This document shows positions 1-10,119 of a DNA stretch of 64,000 nucleotides, piece by piece. Below the pieces are notes generated by a model. It was not told the DNA's origin, ran no database searches, and was given only the letters and a program-made list of their open reading frames with translations. The DNA is taken from NCBI GenBank assembly GCA_963666215.2, contig CAXWPL010000002.1, positions 32,001 through 96,000 on the forward strand, written 5' to 3'. Each line of letters begins with the position of its first letter. Positions within the stretch are counted from its first letter, which is position 1. The translations under genes were made by a program, and so were the position numbers. The stretch comes from Acidobacteriota bacterium. Its GTDB lineage: Bacteria > Acidobacteriota > UBA890 > WLXD01.

Positions 1-6
1 GGGCGT

Positions 7-969
7 GTGCTGATGGTCGGTGGCCACTACGACAGCTCGGCGTTCGGTGGTGACCGCAGTCGGCCGATCGACGAGCACTCGATGCCCGGAGCCGATGACG
101 ACGGGTCGGGCACGGTGGTGGCCATGGAGCTGGCGCGCATCATGGCCGACTACCCCACCGAGGCGACCATCATCTTTGTCGGCTTCGCCGGTGAAGAGCT
201 CGGGCTGGTGGGCTCGACGCTGATGGCGCAGCGTATGGCAGGAGAGGGCGCCAACATCGAGGCGATGATCACCAACGACATTGTTGGCTCGCCACTCGGC
301 GGCGATGGCGAGCTCGACGCGACCCGCGTGCGTGTGTTCTCGGTCGGTCCGGCGGACTCCAAGCCGCGGGCCTGGGCGCGCTACATCCGCAGGACGGCCG
401 CGACCTACTCGCCGTCGTTCCACGTGGACACGATTTTCCGCTACGACCGGTTTGGTCGCGGCGGCGACCACACGCCGTTCGTTCAAGAGGGCTACGCCGG
501 CGTGCGGATAACCGAGAGCCACGAATTCTACGAGCGTCAGCACACAGCGGAAGATCTGCTCGAATACGTCGACTTCGACTACCTGGCGTCGGTGGCGCGG
601 GTCAACGCGGCAGCGCTGGCGTCGCTGGCCAACGCCCCCTCGCCACCGCGCGTCAGCGACGACAACGGCCGACCGACGCTCGGGCGCGGGGAGTCGCGCT
701 ACGACGCACACCTTCGCTGGGAGGCGAATCCGGAGCCCGACGTGGCTGGCTACACCGTGTGGATGCGGCGTACCACGTCGCCGTTCTGGGAGCGTTCGTG
801 GAACGTCGGCAACGTTACCGAGCATGTGATGCCGAAGGTGTCCATTGACGACTGGACGTTCGGTGTGCAGGCCGTCGACGCGGACGGTCACGCGAGCCTG
901 ATCAGCGCGTATGTCTATCCCGGTCGAGAGCGCAGGGTCTACGAGACCAGCCAGCCGAACGAGCGCTAG
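7..969 (+). CDS. M28-family metallopeptidase with C-terminal FN3-like domain (5' end outside window)
   Basis: Motifs GGHYDS, PGADDDGSG, FAGEELGL, TNDIVG, RGGDHTPF, QHTAEDL; C-terminal WEANPEPDVAGY...FGVQAVD FN3-like segment. Confidence 0.85.
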   Translation: MLMVGGHYDSSAFGGDRSRPIDEHSMPGADDDGSGTVVAMELARIMADYPTEATIIFVGFAGEELGLVGSTLMAQRMAGEGANIEAMITNDIVGSPLGGDGELDATRVRVFSVGPADSKPRAWARYIRRTAATYSPSFHVDTIFRYDRFGRGGDHTPFVQEGYAGVRITESHEFYERQHTAEDLLEYVDFDYLASVARVNAAALASLANAPSPPRVSDDNGRPTLGRGESRYDAHLRWEANPEPDVAGYTVWMRRTTSPFWERSWNVGNVTEHVMPKVSIDDWTFGVQAVDADGHASLISAYVYPGRERRVYETSQPNER

Positions 970-979
970 CCGACCCGAG

Positions 980-3191
980 GTGCCAGTGGAACGACTCGGA
1001 ATCGTGGGCCGGAGCTCCGAAAGCGCTGAGTTGCGCCAAGCGTCCCTGATTGCGGCCGAGAGCCTCACGGATCCGGGGCTCTACATCAACCGGGAACAGA
1101 GCTGGCTCGAGTTCAACAACCGCGTGCTCGACGAGGCCTGCGACCCGGCCTGGCCACTGCTCGAGCGGGTGAAGTTCTTGTCGATCTTCGCCAACAATCT
1201 CGACGAGTTCTTCATGATTCGGGTGTCGGGGCTGCGGCGGCAGCTCGAGGCGGGCGTTGTGGCGGCGCCACCCGACGCCATGACTCCGTCGGAGCAGCTG
1301 GCCGCGATCCGTCGCGACCTGCTGCCCATGCTCGAACGACACTCGGAATGCTGGCATGACCAGCTCCGCCCCGAGCTGCACCGGGCCGGCATTCGTGTGC
1401 GCTCCTATGACGAGCTCGAGAAGAAGCAGCGCCGTTTGTTGCGCCGCTACTTCTGCCGCGAGGTCTTCCCCACGCTCACACCGCTCGCGTTTGATCCAGG
1501 ACATCCCTTCCCGCACATCTCGAACCTGAGCCTGAATCTGCTCGTGCTCCTGGGAGGCGGAGCGGGCGGGGAGCGTGTCGCGCGGGTGGAGATCCCGGGC
1601 TTTCTTCCGCGATTGCTGGCGGTGCCGAGTGAGAAGGACGCCGCCGACGCAGTGTCACCGGGCCTGGTGGCGGCAGGGCGCTCGAATTTCGTCTGGATCG
1701 AAGACGTCGTTGCCGCCAACCTCGACCTGCTTTTCCCCGGGCTCGAGGTCCATGCGTCGTACCCGCTGCGCGTGACGCGAGACGCCGATCAGGACATCGA
1801 AGTCGACGAGGCCGGCGATCTTCTCACCGCCACACAGGAGAACCTGCGGCTGCGTCAGTTCGGCAGCGTGGTGAGGCTCGAGCTGGCGGAATCGGCGGTC
1901 GAGAGCGTACGGGAGCTGCTGGCCGAGAATCTAGGGTTGGCTCCCTACCTGGTCTACTCACTACGGCAACCGATCGGTGCAGCCGACCTCGCTCAGCTCG
2001 TTCAGCTCGACCGTCCCGACCTCAAGGACCCGCCGTTCAAGCCGGCCACGAGTGTCGCGGGCGGTCCCGACGACGACATCTTCGCCACAATCCGCTCGCG
2101 CGACCACCTCCTGTATCACCCCTACGACAGCTTCGCGCCCGTCATCGAGCTCATACGCGCTGCCTCGGAAGACCCCGACGTGTTGGCGATCAAGCAGACG
2201 CTCTATCGCGTGGACACCGACTCGCCGGTGATCGAAACCCTCGTCCGGGCGCGTGAGAACGGCAAGCAGGTTGCAGCGCTTGTTGAGCTCAAGGCGCGCT
2301 TCGACGAGCAGAAGAACATCGAGTGGGCGCGCACTCTCGAGGATGCGGGGGGTGCACGTCGTGTATGGCGTTCTGGGCCTCAAGACCCACGCCAAGATCT
2401 GTCTGATCGCGCGCCGCGAGGCCGACGGGATTCGGCACTATCTGCACCTCGGTACGGGCAACTACAACCCGCAGACCGCCCGGGTTTACACCGACATCAG
2501 CTACCTCACCGCCGATCGCACCCTGGGCTCTGAGGCCGCGCTGCTGTTCAACGCGCTCACTGGCTACGCCGCTCGCGCCGACGAAAACACCTACACACGC
2601 TTGCTGATGGCGCCCGGCGGGATGCGCGCCGGCCTCCTGGCGCTCATCGAGCGCGAGATCGAGGCGCACCGCGAGGCGGGTTCGAAGGGCCACGGGCGCC
2701 TCGTGTTCAAGATGAACTCACTGGTCGACTCGGACTGCATCGCCGCGCTGTACCGCGCGTCGCAGGCGGGGGTGCAGGTCGACCTGATCGTGCGCGGCAT
2801 CTGCTGCCTGCGCCCTGGTGTAGCCGGCCTGAGCGAGAACATCCGGGTTCGCTCCATCGTCGGGCGCTTTCTCGAGCACGCACGCATTTACTACTTCGCC
2901 GGGGGAGGGGAGCCGGGAAAGGAAAAGGCGCTGATTGGCAGCGCCGATCTGATGCCGGGCAACTTCGATCACCGGGTCGAGCTGCTCTTCCCCCTCGACA
3001 GTCCCGAGCTCATCAGTGCATTGCGTCGCAATGTTCTGGAGACGCAGCTCGAAGACACGGCCAATGCGCGCTCCCTGCGTGCCGACGGCGTCTACGAGGA
3101 TCTGGCTTCGCCGGGAGAGGGCTTCGACACGCATGCCTGGATGATCGAAAACCGCCATCGCTGGCTCGAGGCCGAGGGCGAGGGCGACTAG
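980..3191 (+). CDS. ppk1: Polyphosphate kinase 1, split by a +1 frameshift in the G6 run at 2347-2352
   Basis: YINREQSWLEFNNRVL, NLDEFFMIRV, HPFPHISN, YHPYDSF, VELKARFDE in the first ORF; GVHVVYG, KTHAK, GTGNYN, SIVGRFLEHARI, GSADLM in the second. Removing one G restores EDAGVHVVYG. Confidence 0.92.
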
Positions 3192-3192
3192 C

Positions 3193-4235
3193 TGTGTTTT
3201 CTAAGTAGGTTGTTCACATCGGGGCTCACTTCTGAGATCAATGGGGTTGTTCAAAAGACTCCACGACCTCAGAAGGAGCGCCCGATGCAGCTGCATGGTA
3301 ACGCCCGCACGATGCCGTATATACGCCGAGAGATGGTCCGCCGAGTCCGGGAGCGGGCGGAGCCCGTGACGGAAACGGCGGCGGCGCTCGGCGTGTCGGC
3401 TCGAACGGTTTACAAGTGGCTGGATAGATACGAGCGAGAAGGTGAGGCCGGGCTGCTCGATCGATCAAGCCGGCCGACGTGCTGTCCGCACGCAACAAGC
3501 GCTGGAGTTGTGAGGCAGATCGACAAGCTACGTCGGCGGCGACTGACGGCCTGGCAGATCAGCCGAAGGTTGGCTGTGCCGCGCTCGACCGTCTCGGCGT
3601 GGCTGAAGCGGCTCGGACTCGCCAAGCTTGATGCGCTCGAGCCCAAGCCCGAGATCGTTCGCTACGAGTACGAGCACCCCGGTGACCTACTGCACCTGGA
3701 TACGAAGAAACTGGCCCGTATCCGGCGACCTGGACACCGCATCCACGGCGACCGCTCCAAGCGGGCCTACGGCGTCGGCTGGGAGAACGCCCACGTCGCT
3801 ATCGACGATCACTCTCGGGTGGCGTACGTCGAAGTGCTGCCCGCCGAAGACCAACACACCTGCACAGCGTTCCTGCAGCGAGCCGTCGAGCACTTCGCTT
3901 CGATGGGAGTAGCGGTGCGCCGAGTGATGACAGACAACGGGCCTGGCTACGTCTCGAAGCGCTTCAATCGCCTATGCCATCAACTCGAGATCCGGCACAT
4001 TTACACCCGGCCCTACACCCCCAGAACCAACGGCAAAGCCGAACGCTTCATCCGCACACTCAAGGAGCAGTGGGCCTACGGCACCTGCTACCAGACCTCA
4101 GCTCGACGTACTCGAGCTCTACGGCCCTGGCTCAACCACTACAATCGTCACCGCCCCCACGCCGGCATCGGCATGACACCGCCGATCGCTCGGCTCTCAG
4201 GGGTGAGTTCGTGAACAACCTACCTAGAACTCACA
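3193..4235 (+). mobile_element. IS481-family insertion sequence, complete
   Basis: 25-bp terminal IRs TGTGTTTTCTAAGTAGGTTGTTCAC / rc TGTGAGTTCTAGGTAGGTTGTTCAC (22/25); 6-bp target duplication ACTAGC at 3187-3192 and 4236-4241. Confidence 0.95.
3285..4214 (+). CDS. IS481-family DDE transposase
   Basis: MQLHGNART start after AAGGAG; LHLDTKKL, VAIDDHSR, MTDNG, PRTNGKAERF, HYNRHRPH. Confidence 0.95.
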   Translation: MQLHGNARTMPYIRREMVRRVRERAEPVTETAAALGVSARTVYKWLDRYEREGEAGLLDRSSRPTCCPHATSAGVVRQIDKLRRRRLTAWQISRRLAVPRSTVSAWLKRLGLAKLDALEPKPEIVRYEYEHPGDLLHLDTKKLARIRRPGHRIHGDRSKRAYGVGWENAHVAIDDHSRVAYVEVLPAEDQHTCTAFLQRAVEHFASMGVAVRRVMTDNGPGYVSKRFNRLCHQLEIRHIYTRPYTPRTNGKAERFIRTLKEQWAYGTCYQTSARRTRALRPWLNHYNRHRPHAGIGMTPPIARLSGVSS

Positions 4236-4236
4236 A

Positions 4237-5058
4237 CTAGCGCTCCGGGTTTCCCGGACGGTGATCTTTTCCTTGCTCGTGGCTCGCCGGGTCGAAGAGC
4301 CTCGCGTCGATGCCGCCGTTGATCGTCACGTGTTGGATGACGTTGTACCCGGTCCGCTCGCCGCCCACCCAGTACTCCATTCGGAAAGGCAGCTGGATCG
4401 GGCCCGCCCGGCGATAGTCGCTGAAGCGGTAGACGATCTCGGTCATCTCCTTGCGCTCGGGCGCGCCGGCGAGACGTTCGTGTTGCGGCTGCCCGTGAAG
4501 CAGGCGCGCCTCGATCAAGAGATGCGTGGCGGTGTCGATCACGGCTGTCCAGACGTCGTCCGCGGCAACGCCGACGCCCCGGTCCGCGCGTAGCTCCACG
4601 CGGTAGGCTTGGCGCCCACGCACCTTCTCTTGTCCTGCGCTGCTCGAGATCATGCCCGGGTCGGCCCACTTGAACGGCAGCGCGCGCAGGTAGTACTCGC
4701 CGTGCGCCTGGTAGTAGGCTTCCGCTGCCGCTCCCGGGTCGTTCCGTAGGTTGCCGTCGAGGAGCGCGAAGCCGGCCTCGCCGTCGTGCAGGAAGGTCTG
4801 GATTCCGTCGGACCGTCGCTTGATGAGCAAGGTCTGGAGCCCGCCGCTGCGCTCATCGCGGCGCATGTGCTCCTCGTAGATTTCGTCCCCTGGACGGGCG
4901 GCGATGATCGTCCAGTCGGCGATCGACTGGAAGGCCGTCAGGCCGCCATGTGCCGCGAGGGATCGCGATAGTGGATCTTGTGCCGGCCTGCTCGTCGGAG
5001 CCACCGCGGTCAGGGCGGCTGCGATTGCAACACAGAGTTGGCGAACCCCGAGGGTCAT
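4237..5058 (-). CDS. Exported hypothetical protein (lipoprotein-sorting/LolA-like beta protein possible)
   Basis: Signal peptide, AAHGG motif near N-terminus, C-terminal FSDYRRAG..LPF...INGGIDARLF pattern. Confidence 0.55.
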   Translation of the reverse strand: MTLGVRQLCVAIAAALTAVAPTSRPAQDPLSRSLAAHGGLTAFQSIADWTIIAARPGDEIYEEHMRRDERSGGLQTLLIKRRSDGIQTFLHDGEAGFALLDGNLRNDPGAAAEAYYQAHGEYYLRALPFKWADPGMISSSAGQEKVRGRQAYRVELRADRGVGVAADDVWTAVIDTATHLLIEARLLHGQPQHERLAGAPERKEMTEIVYRFSDYRRAGPIQLPFRMEYWVGGERTGYNVIQHVTINGGIDARLFDPASHEQGKDHRPGNPER

Positions 5059-5295
5059 GGCGATGCCGGCTGTTTCTATGGCTTTCTTGGCTTTCGTGTT
5101 CCATTCGCGCGCTCACGCGCGCCGGGGCGAGACTAGCATCTGAGTTTTCGAGCGAAGTCGACGCGCGAGCGCTCCACCCAGGGTTCAAGGCCTATCCTCT
5201 CGCCAGCGTCTTTTTCGCCCAGGCCCGTCTCCCGGGGGAGGGGCGGGAGCAGGCCCGCGGCTCACCTCGTTTGCAGAACTCGAACGGAGCTTTCC

Positions 5296-5604
5296 ATGCG
5301 TCTCTACCGCGTTCCGTACTCCACCAATGTCCAGCGCGTCGACATCGCCTTGGCCTACAAGGGCCTCGAGGCGACGGCCGTCGAAGTTCCAGTGGACGAT
5401 CGGTCGGAGCTCGAGCGGGTCAGCGGACAACCGCTGGCTCCCGTGCTGGTCGATGGCGACAACGTTGTGCTGGACTCGTCGGAGATCCTTCGCTATCTCG
5501 AGACCAAGCAGCAAGATCCCGTGGCCGGCGCTACGCCCTCGGGCGCGTCTCCGGTTCGTTTCGATCAGCGTGCCTTTCGCCGAACCAGCGCAGTCCGACG
5601 ATAG
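5296..5604 (+). CDS. Glutathione S-transferase N-terminal (thioredoxin-fold) domain, probably truncated
   Basis: MRLYRVPYSTNVQRV...SGQPLAPVLVDG...DSSEILRYLE; no GST C-domain, tail overlaps the convergent DoxX gene. Confidence 0.65.
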   Translation: MRLYRVPYSTNVQRVDIALAYKGLEATAVEVPVDDRSELERVSGQPLAPVLVDGDNVVLDSSEILRYLETKQQDPVAGATPSGASPVRFDQRAFRRTSAVRR

Positions 5605-5923
5605 TGCCGAGGATCACGATCCCTCGGCTGGCGTGAAACGGCGAGCCGAGACCTGTCGACAGGTGCGTATAAATCGCGCCGACCATCAGCACGACGAGAG
5701 CAGTGGCCGCCCACCGCGCCGACCGTGGCCACAGAAGCAGGAACGCTCCAGTTGCTTCCCAGATACCGACGAACAGGTTGAAGATCGCGCTGTAACCGAA
5801 CGCTTCGAAGATGGCGATGGCTGAGGGTGCGCGCGTCAGCTTCGGCAGGGCCGACAGCAGGTAGCCCACGGACATCAGCAGGGTCAGGGTCCAGGCGACC
5901 ACACGAGCCGCCTTCGCCGCCAC
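5531..5923 (-). CDS. DoxX-family membrane protein
   Basis: Four hydrophobic segments; KL...FEAFGY...VGIWE..GA.LLL.P...MVGAIYTH. Confidence 0.8.
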   Translation of the reverse strand: MAAKAARVVAWTLTLLMSVGYLLSALPKLTRAPSAIAIFEAFGYSAIFNLFVGIWEATGAFLLLWPRSARWAATALVVLMVGAIYTHLSTGLGSPFHASRGIVILGTIVGLRWFGERHADRNEPETRPRA

Positions 5924-5976
5924 GGGATGCCACGTAGTGGGGCCGGACGCAGGAGGAGGTGCTTCGTCAGAAGAGC

Positions 5977-6687
5977 TCAGCGGAGCGGCATCTCGATTCG
6001 ACGAATGCGGGTGGGGGCGAGCAGCATGCCGTCGCTGGAGTTGTCGGCGATCTCGTTGACGTACAGGTAGCGGCCGTCTGGACTGAAGCCGAGATCGTTA
6101 GGATAGTTCAGCGTTGACTCGAGCGCGTCGCCGTCGCGGCCTCCCTGTTCGCCCGATCCGACCAGCAGGGTTGCATCGCCTGTCAACGTGACGGCATAGA
6201 TCTGATGCGCTCCCCGGGCGACGACGTAGAGCATGCCGTCGCGCTACACGAGGTGACCGTTGTTGTTGCCGGGCAGCGTCACCAAGCGGCTGGCCTCGGC
6301 TTCGGGCGTGACTCTGACGACGTCGCCGTTGTTGAAGTTGGCCACATAGAGGTTGCCGTCGTTGTCGATCTCGCTACCCGAGGCGCCCTCGAAGCCATCG
6401 GCGAAGACGCTCGTGGCGCCGTCGGGGGTGATGCGGAACACGCGTGTGCCCGCGGTCCCGCCACTGCCGAGCTTCGACCCGAAATCGGAGGAGTAGATGT
6501 TGCCGTCGGCGTCGATGGACATGCCGCCCGAGCCGCCGTCGACTTCGGCGAGCGTGTTGACCACGACGCCGTTCGACGTCTGGGGTACCTCCACCGGGCT
6601 CGGCGGCGGGCTACCGGGGCCGCAGGTCGCCACGACCATCGACGTGACGCACGTGGCGGTGCGGAAGAGGCGCGAACGAGCGGACAT
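5977..6687 (-). pseudogene. SMP-30/NHL-like beta-propeller protein interrupted by an in-frame TAG at 6244-6246
   Basis: ORFs 6244..6687 and 5977..6234 are in the same frame (GHLV*RDGMLYVV); propeller repeats DADGNIYSSD, DNDGNLYVAN, SPDGRYLYVNE. Confidence 0.7.
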
Positions 6688-6859
6688 GGCAATCGGTTCC
6701 GGGGAAGGATGCGGTCGCGCGAACGTCGCGGATCATAACAGTGAGAAGCTGGTTGGCTCGTGTCTCCGGTCTCTTCGCATCGCGACCGCGAAGTGTTCGT
6801 CAGAGCTTTGTTGCCCGAGGTTTTCGTCGGGCGCGGCGGCGTGCAACACTCGCCCGACC

Positions 6860-7162
6860 ATGGATACGGCAACTGGGCTCAACGTTCGTGCGTTCGCGAT
6901 CACCTCCGGCTTGTTCTTCAGCGGCACGGTGCTGTGCGTGAGCCTTCTCAGCGGCATCGCCCTGGGCTATGGCGACGCGGTGCTGGAGCTCTTTTCGTCG
7001 TTGTATCCGTTCTACGACGCTGACGGCAGCGTGCCCGATATCCTCATCGGGGCGGTATTGGCGCTGCTGGATGGCGTCGTCGGTGGGGCGATCTTCGCCT
7101 GGTTGTACAACCGCCTCGTCGCGGCTGTCGCACCGGTCGCCCCCGGGGGCGGCAAGGGTTGA
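6860..7162 (+). CDS. Small two-helix membrane protein
   Basis: LNVRAFAITSG...SSLYPFY...LLDGVVGGAIFAWLYN, a conserved-looking small membrane family. Confidence 0.6.
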   Translation: MDTATGLNVRAFAITSGLFFSGTVLCVSLLSGIALGYGDAVLELFSSLYPFYDADGSVPDILIGAVLALLDGVVGGAIFAWLYNRLVAAVAPVAPGGGKG

Positions 7163-7692
7163 GGGTCGGCACCGCGGGCTCGATCGCGTTGGTGGCCGCG
7201 GATGGCGATGAGGACCGCAACGGTCGCCGCAACTTCGACGAGATCAAGCTGTGGACCGAGTATCTCGACCGGGTGGGCGGCGACCCGGCCCTGTACGACG
7301 ACAACGGTCGGCTTGGAGGCTACGACTCCGATGAGCCGTTCATTATTGTGGGCGACCTCAACGCGCGCCCCGGCGCGGAGGAGCCGGCTTTCGACGGCAT
7401 CTCGGCTGTTGATCAGCTGCTCTCCCACCCGCGCCTGCAGGATACGGGCGGCTTCGCGACGAGCGGCGGTGGGCTCCTCGGCCGCGGGGCGGGGCCGCCG
7501 GAGTACGCCGAACGATCGACGGCAGCGTTCCTCGGCGGCGCCCGAGTCGACTATGTGCTGCCGAGCACCGGCCTGCGGGTCATCGGTGGCGGTGTGTACT
7601 GGCCAGATTCGCAAGACGATCCCGCCGGTGCCGAGCGGGCCTCGGATCACCATCTTGTGTGGATGCAGCTGGAGATCGATGGAGGTGGGTAG
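7159..7692 (+). pseudogene. C-terminal fragment of an endonuclease/exonuclease/phosphatase (EEP) protein
   Basis: DRNGRRNFDEI, IIVGDLNA, RVDYVLPS, ASDHHLVW present; N-terminal EEP motifs absent. Confidence 0.65.
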
Positions 7693-7765
7693 AAAGAGCC
7701 CGGCCGTTAACTCGAAAGAGCCTTTCAAGAGACCGGCCTCCTTCAACCGCAGAATGGAGCTCGCG

Positions 7766-8893
7766 ATGAACCGAAGAGACTTCGTGCGTGGCGCGGTTGC
7801 CACCGGCACCGTCAGCGCGGCGGCTGGCGTCGCACCAGCCGGCGCACTCGCAGGGGAGGGCGCCGGCGTTGCCCCTCAGGGCAGCTCGCGCCTGATCGTC
7901 GACGGGCTCGACACCTCGGTGCTCAACGAGGAGTTCCTTGGCATGCTGCAGCAGGCCGAGGTCGACTGCGTTCACTTCAGCGTCGGCGGCCTGCTGAGCT
8001 ACGGTGCTCGGCTCGAGTTCTTCGACCGCCACGCCGACGCCATCGGGCTGGCGCGCACGGTGGGCGAGATCCGCCAGATGAAGCGCGACGGCCGCATCGC
8101 GGTGATCTTCGGGGCGCAGTCGGCCAACTGGCTGGATCCACTGTTCGACAAGAGCGCGACCGGCACTGTGGCGCCGTTTGCGGCGGTGCGGGCGGCCTAC
8201 GAGACCGGATTGAGGGTCTGCGGTGTGTGCTACCAGGCCACCAACATCTTTGGCGGCGGCGCCACCGATCCGCATGTGCCGCTCACACGCACCGGGCGCA
8301 TGCTGGTGGAGAAGATCCACGAAACGGGCATCGTGCTCGACGTCGGTGGTCACACCGGCGAGCAGACGAGCCTCGACGCCATCGAGATGTCGCAGGGTGT
8401 GCCGGTGGTCTGCAGCCATACGAATGTGGCCGCGCTCAACGCCAACATCCGTGCTATCTCCGACGAGGTCATCGAGGCCATCGCCGCGACCGGCGGCGTG
8501 ATGGGCCTCACCGCGATCAGTGACTTCCAGATGCGCAATGCCTCCAACTACCGCGAGCACGGCCCCGTGAGCCCGCAGGCTACCCTCGACATCCATATGG
8601 ATCAGTACGAGTATGTTCGTGACCTGGTGGGGATCGATCACGTCGGGCTCGGTCCCGACTTCGTGTGGGGTTGGGGCGACACCTTCGTGCTCAACCCGGA
8701 GCAATCCATCACCTTCCCGCCCGAGGCACTGAGCGTGGCGCCGCCGGTGCTCACGGTGAAGGGCTTCGAGGACATCTCCGGGCTTCCCAACCTCATCGCC
8801 GGCCTGCGCGGGCGTGGCTGGTCGGAAACCGATCTCGACAAGCTGCTCGGCGCCAACTGGCTGCGGGTGTGGGAACAGGTCTGGGGCGGCTGA
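7766..8893 (+). CDS. Tat-exported M19-family (membrane dipeptidase-like) amidohydrolase
   Basis: MNRRDFVRG twin-arginine signal; VVCSHTN, GGVMG, GIDHVGLGPDF, KLLGANWLRV. Confidence 0.8.
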   Translation: MNRRDFVRGAVATGTVSAAAGVAPAGALAGEGAGVAPQGSSRLIVDGLDTSVLNEEFLGMLQQAEVDCVHFSVGGLLSYGARLEFFDRHADAIGLARTVGEIRQMKRDGRIAVIFGAQSANWLDPLFDKSATGTVAPFAAVRAAYETGLRVCGVCYQATNIFGGGATDPHVPLTRTGRMLVEKIHETGIVLDVGGHTGEQTSLDAIEMSQGVPVVCSHTNVAALNANIRAISDEVIEAIAATGGVMGLTAISDFQMRNASNYREHGPVSPQATLDIHMDQYEYVRDLVGIDHVGLGPDFVWGWGDTFVLNPEQSITFPPEALSVAPPVLTVKGFEDISGLPNLIAGLRGRGWSETDLDKLLGANWLRVWEQVWGG

Positions 8894-8898
8894 TCGAG

Positions 8899-10074
8899 AT
8901 GTCGAAGAACACGCGTCGCACACGTGGCCGCCGTCTTCGCCGCCGCTGGGAGGAGCTGCTCATCCAAACCCAGAAGGCGAGCGGCACGGCGATGGGATGG
9001 GCGGGTTCGGCCATGAGTCCCGACAGCATCGCGGCGCGGGTCGTTCGCGATTTACAGGAGGCCGACCTCGGCCGCAACGTCTGGCGCGACCTCGAGGACT
9101 CGTACGGTTTCTTCCTCGACGACGAAGAACGCGAGCAGCTCGCCGAGATGGGCGATCTCGAGCGCCATCTCGTTACGGTGATCTGGGTGCTCAAGCGGCT
9201 GGTCATGAGCCTGGCGCCGTCGCGCCGCTGGATCGTCCTGAGCTCGTTCGCCGGCTTTGTCTACGGCCTGGCGACCCTGCGCTGGGAGATGCTGGCGATC
9301 GCGTTCCTCGCATTGCTGTTTCTCTTCATGTTCGAGCTGCGCGACAAGCTACTGGCGCGGGACGAGCTCGAGGTCGGTCGTGCCGTGCAGTTGGCGCTGC
9401 TGCCGTCGGCCAACCCGGAGCTTGCGGGGTGGGATATTTGGCTCTACAGCCGCCCGGCCAACGACGTCGGCGGTGATCTGCTGGACTACATCGAGCGTCG
9501 CGATGGCCGCTTGGGCCTGGCGCTCGGCGATGTCGCCGGCAAGGGACTCGGCGCGGCGCTGCTCATGTCGAAGCTGCAGTCCACGCTGCGCGCCTATGCC
9601 TACGACACCGAATCACTCGTCGACCTCGGTAGCCGCACCAATCGCGTCTTCTGCCGCGATGGATTGTCGAACCGGTTCGCCACGATGGTCTTCGTGACGC
9701 TCGGCTCGAACGAGAGTCGGGTACGGGTGCTCAACGCCGGCCACCCGCCGCCGTTGTTGCTTTCAGGAGGAGCGGTGACCACTCTGCCGCCGGTGGCGCT
9801 GCCACTGGGCGTCATGCCCGACGCCAAGTTCCAGGAGCAAGCGCTCGAAACGAAGCCCGGCGACGTGGTGTTGATCTACTCGGACGGCCTTTCCGAGGCG
9901 ACCAACGCCGACGACGAGATGCTTGGCGACGACCAGGTGGTCGAACACCTCAGGCAGATCGGCAGCTTGTCGGCAACCGACGTCGGCGAGCGCATGCTCG
10001 AGGTTGTTCGCGACTTTGTTGGTGAGGCACGCGTCCACGACGATCTGTCGATTGCGGTGCTACGGCGGCGTTAG
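8899..10074 (+). CDS. Membrane-anchored PP2C/SpoIIE (RsbU-like) phosphatase
   Basis: VGGDLLD, GDVAGKG, NAGHPPP, YSDGLSE, HDDLSI; two TM helices before the catalytic domain. Confidence 0.88.
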   Translation: MSKNTRRTRGRRLRRRWEELLIQTQKASGTAMGWAGSAMSPDSIAARVVRDLQEADLGRNVWRDLEDSYGFFLDDEEREQLAEMGDLERHLVTVIWVLKRLVMSLAPSRRWIVLSSFAGFVYGLATLRWEMLAIAFLALLFLFMFELRDKLLARDELEVGRAVQLALLPSANPELAGWDIWLYSRPANDVGGDLLDYIERRDGRLGLALGDVAGKGLGAALLMSKLQSTLRAYAYDTESLVDLGSRTNRVFCRDGLSNRFATMVFVTLGSNESRVRVLNAGHPPPLLLSGGAVTTLPPVALPLGVMPDAKFQEQALETKPGDVVLIYSDGLSEATNADDEMLGDDQVVEHLRQIGSLSATDVGERMLEVVRDFVGEARVHDDLSIAVLRRR

Positions 10075-10119
10075 GGCGGATCCGATTCGACCGGTTCGAC
10101 CGCGCTGCGAGAACGGTAG

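Noticed and set aside
6244-6246. Pyrrolysine or amber recoding
   Set aside because: No pyl genes or suppressor tRNA in the window and TAG is used as a normal stop in many genes
6860-7162. Small membrane protein as a prophage holin
   Set aside because: No endolysin or other phage genes nearby
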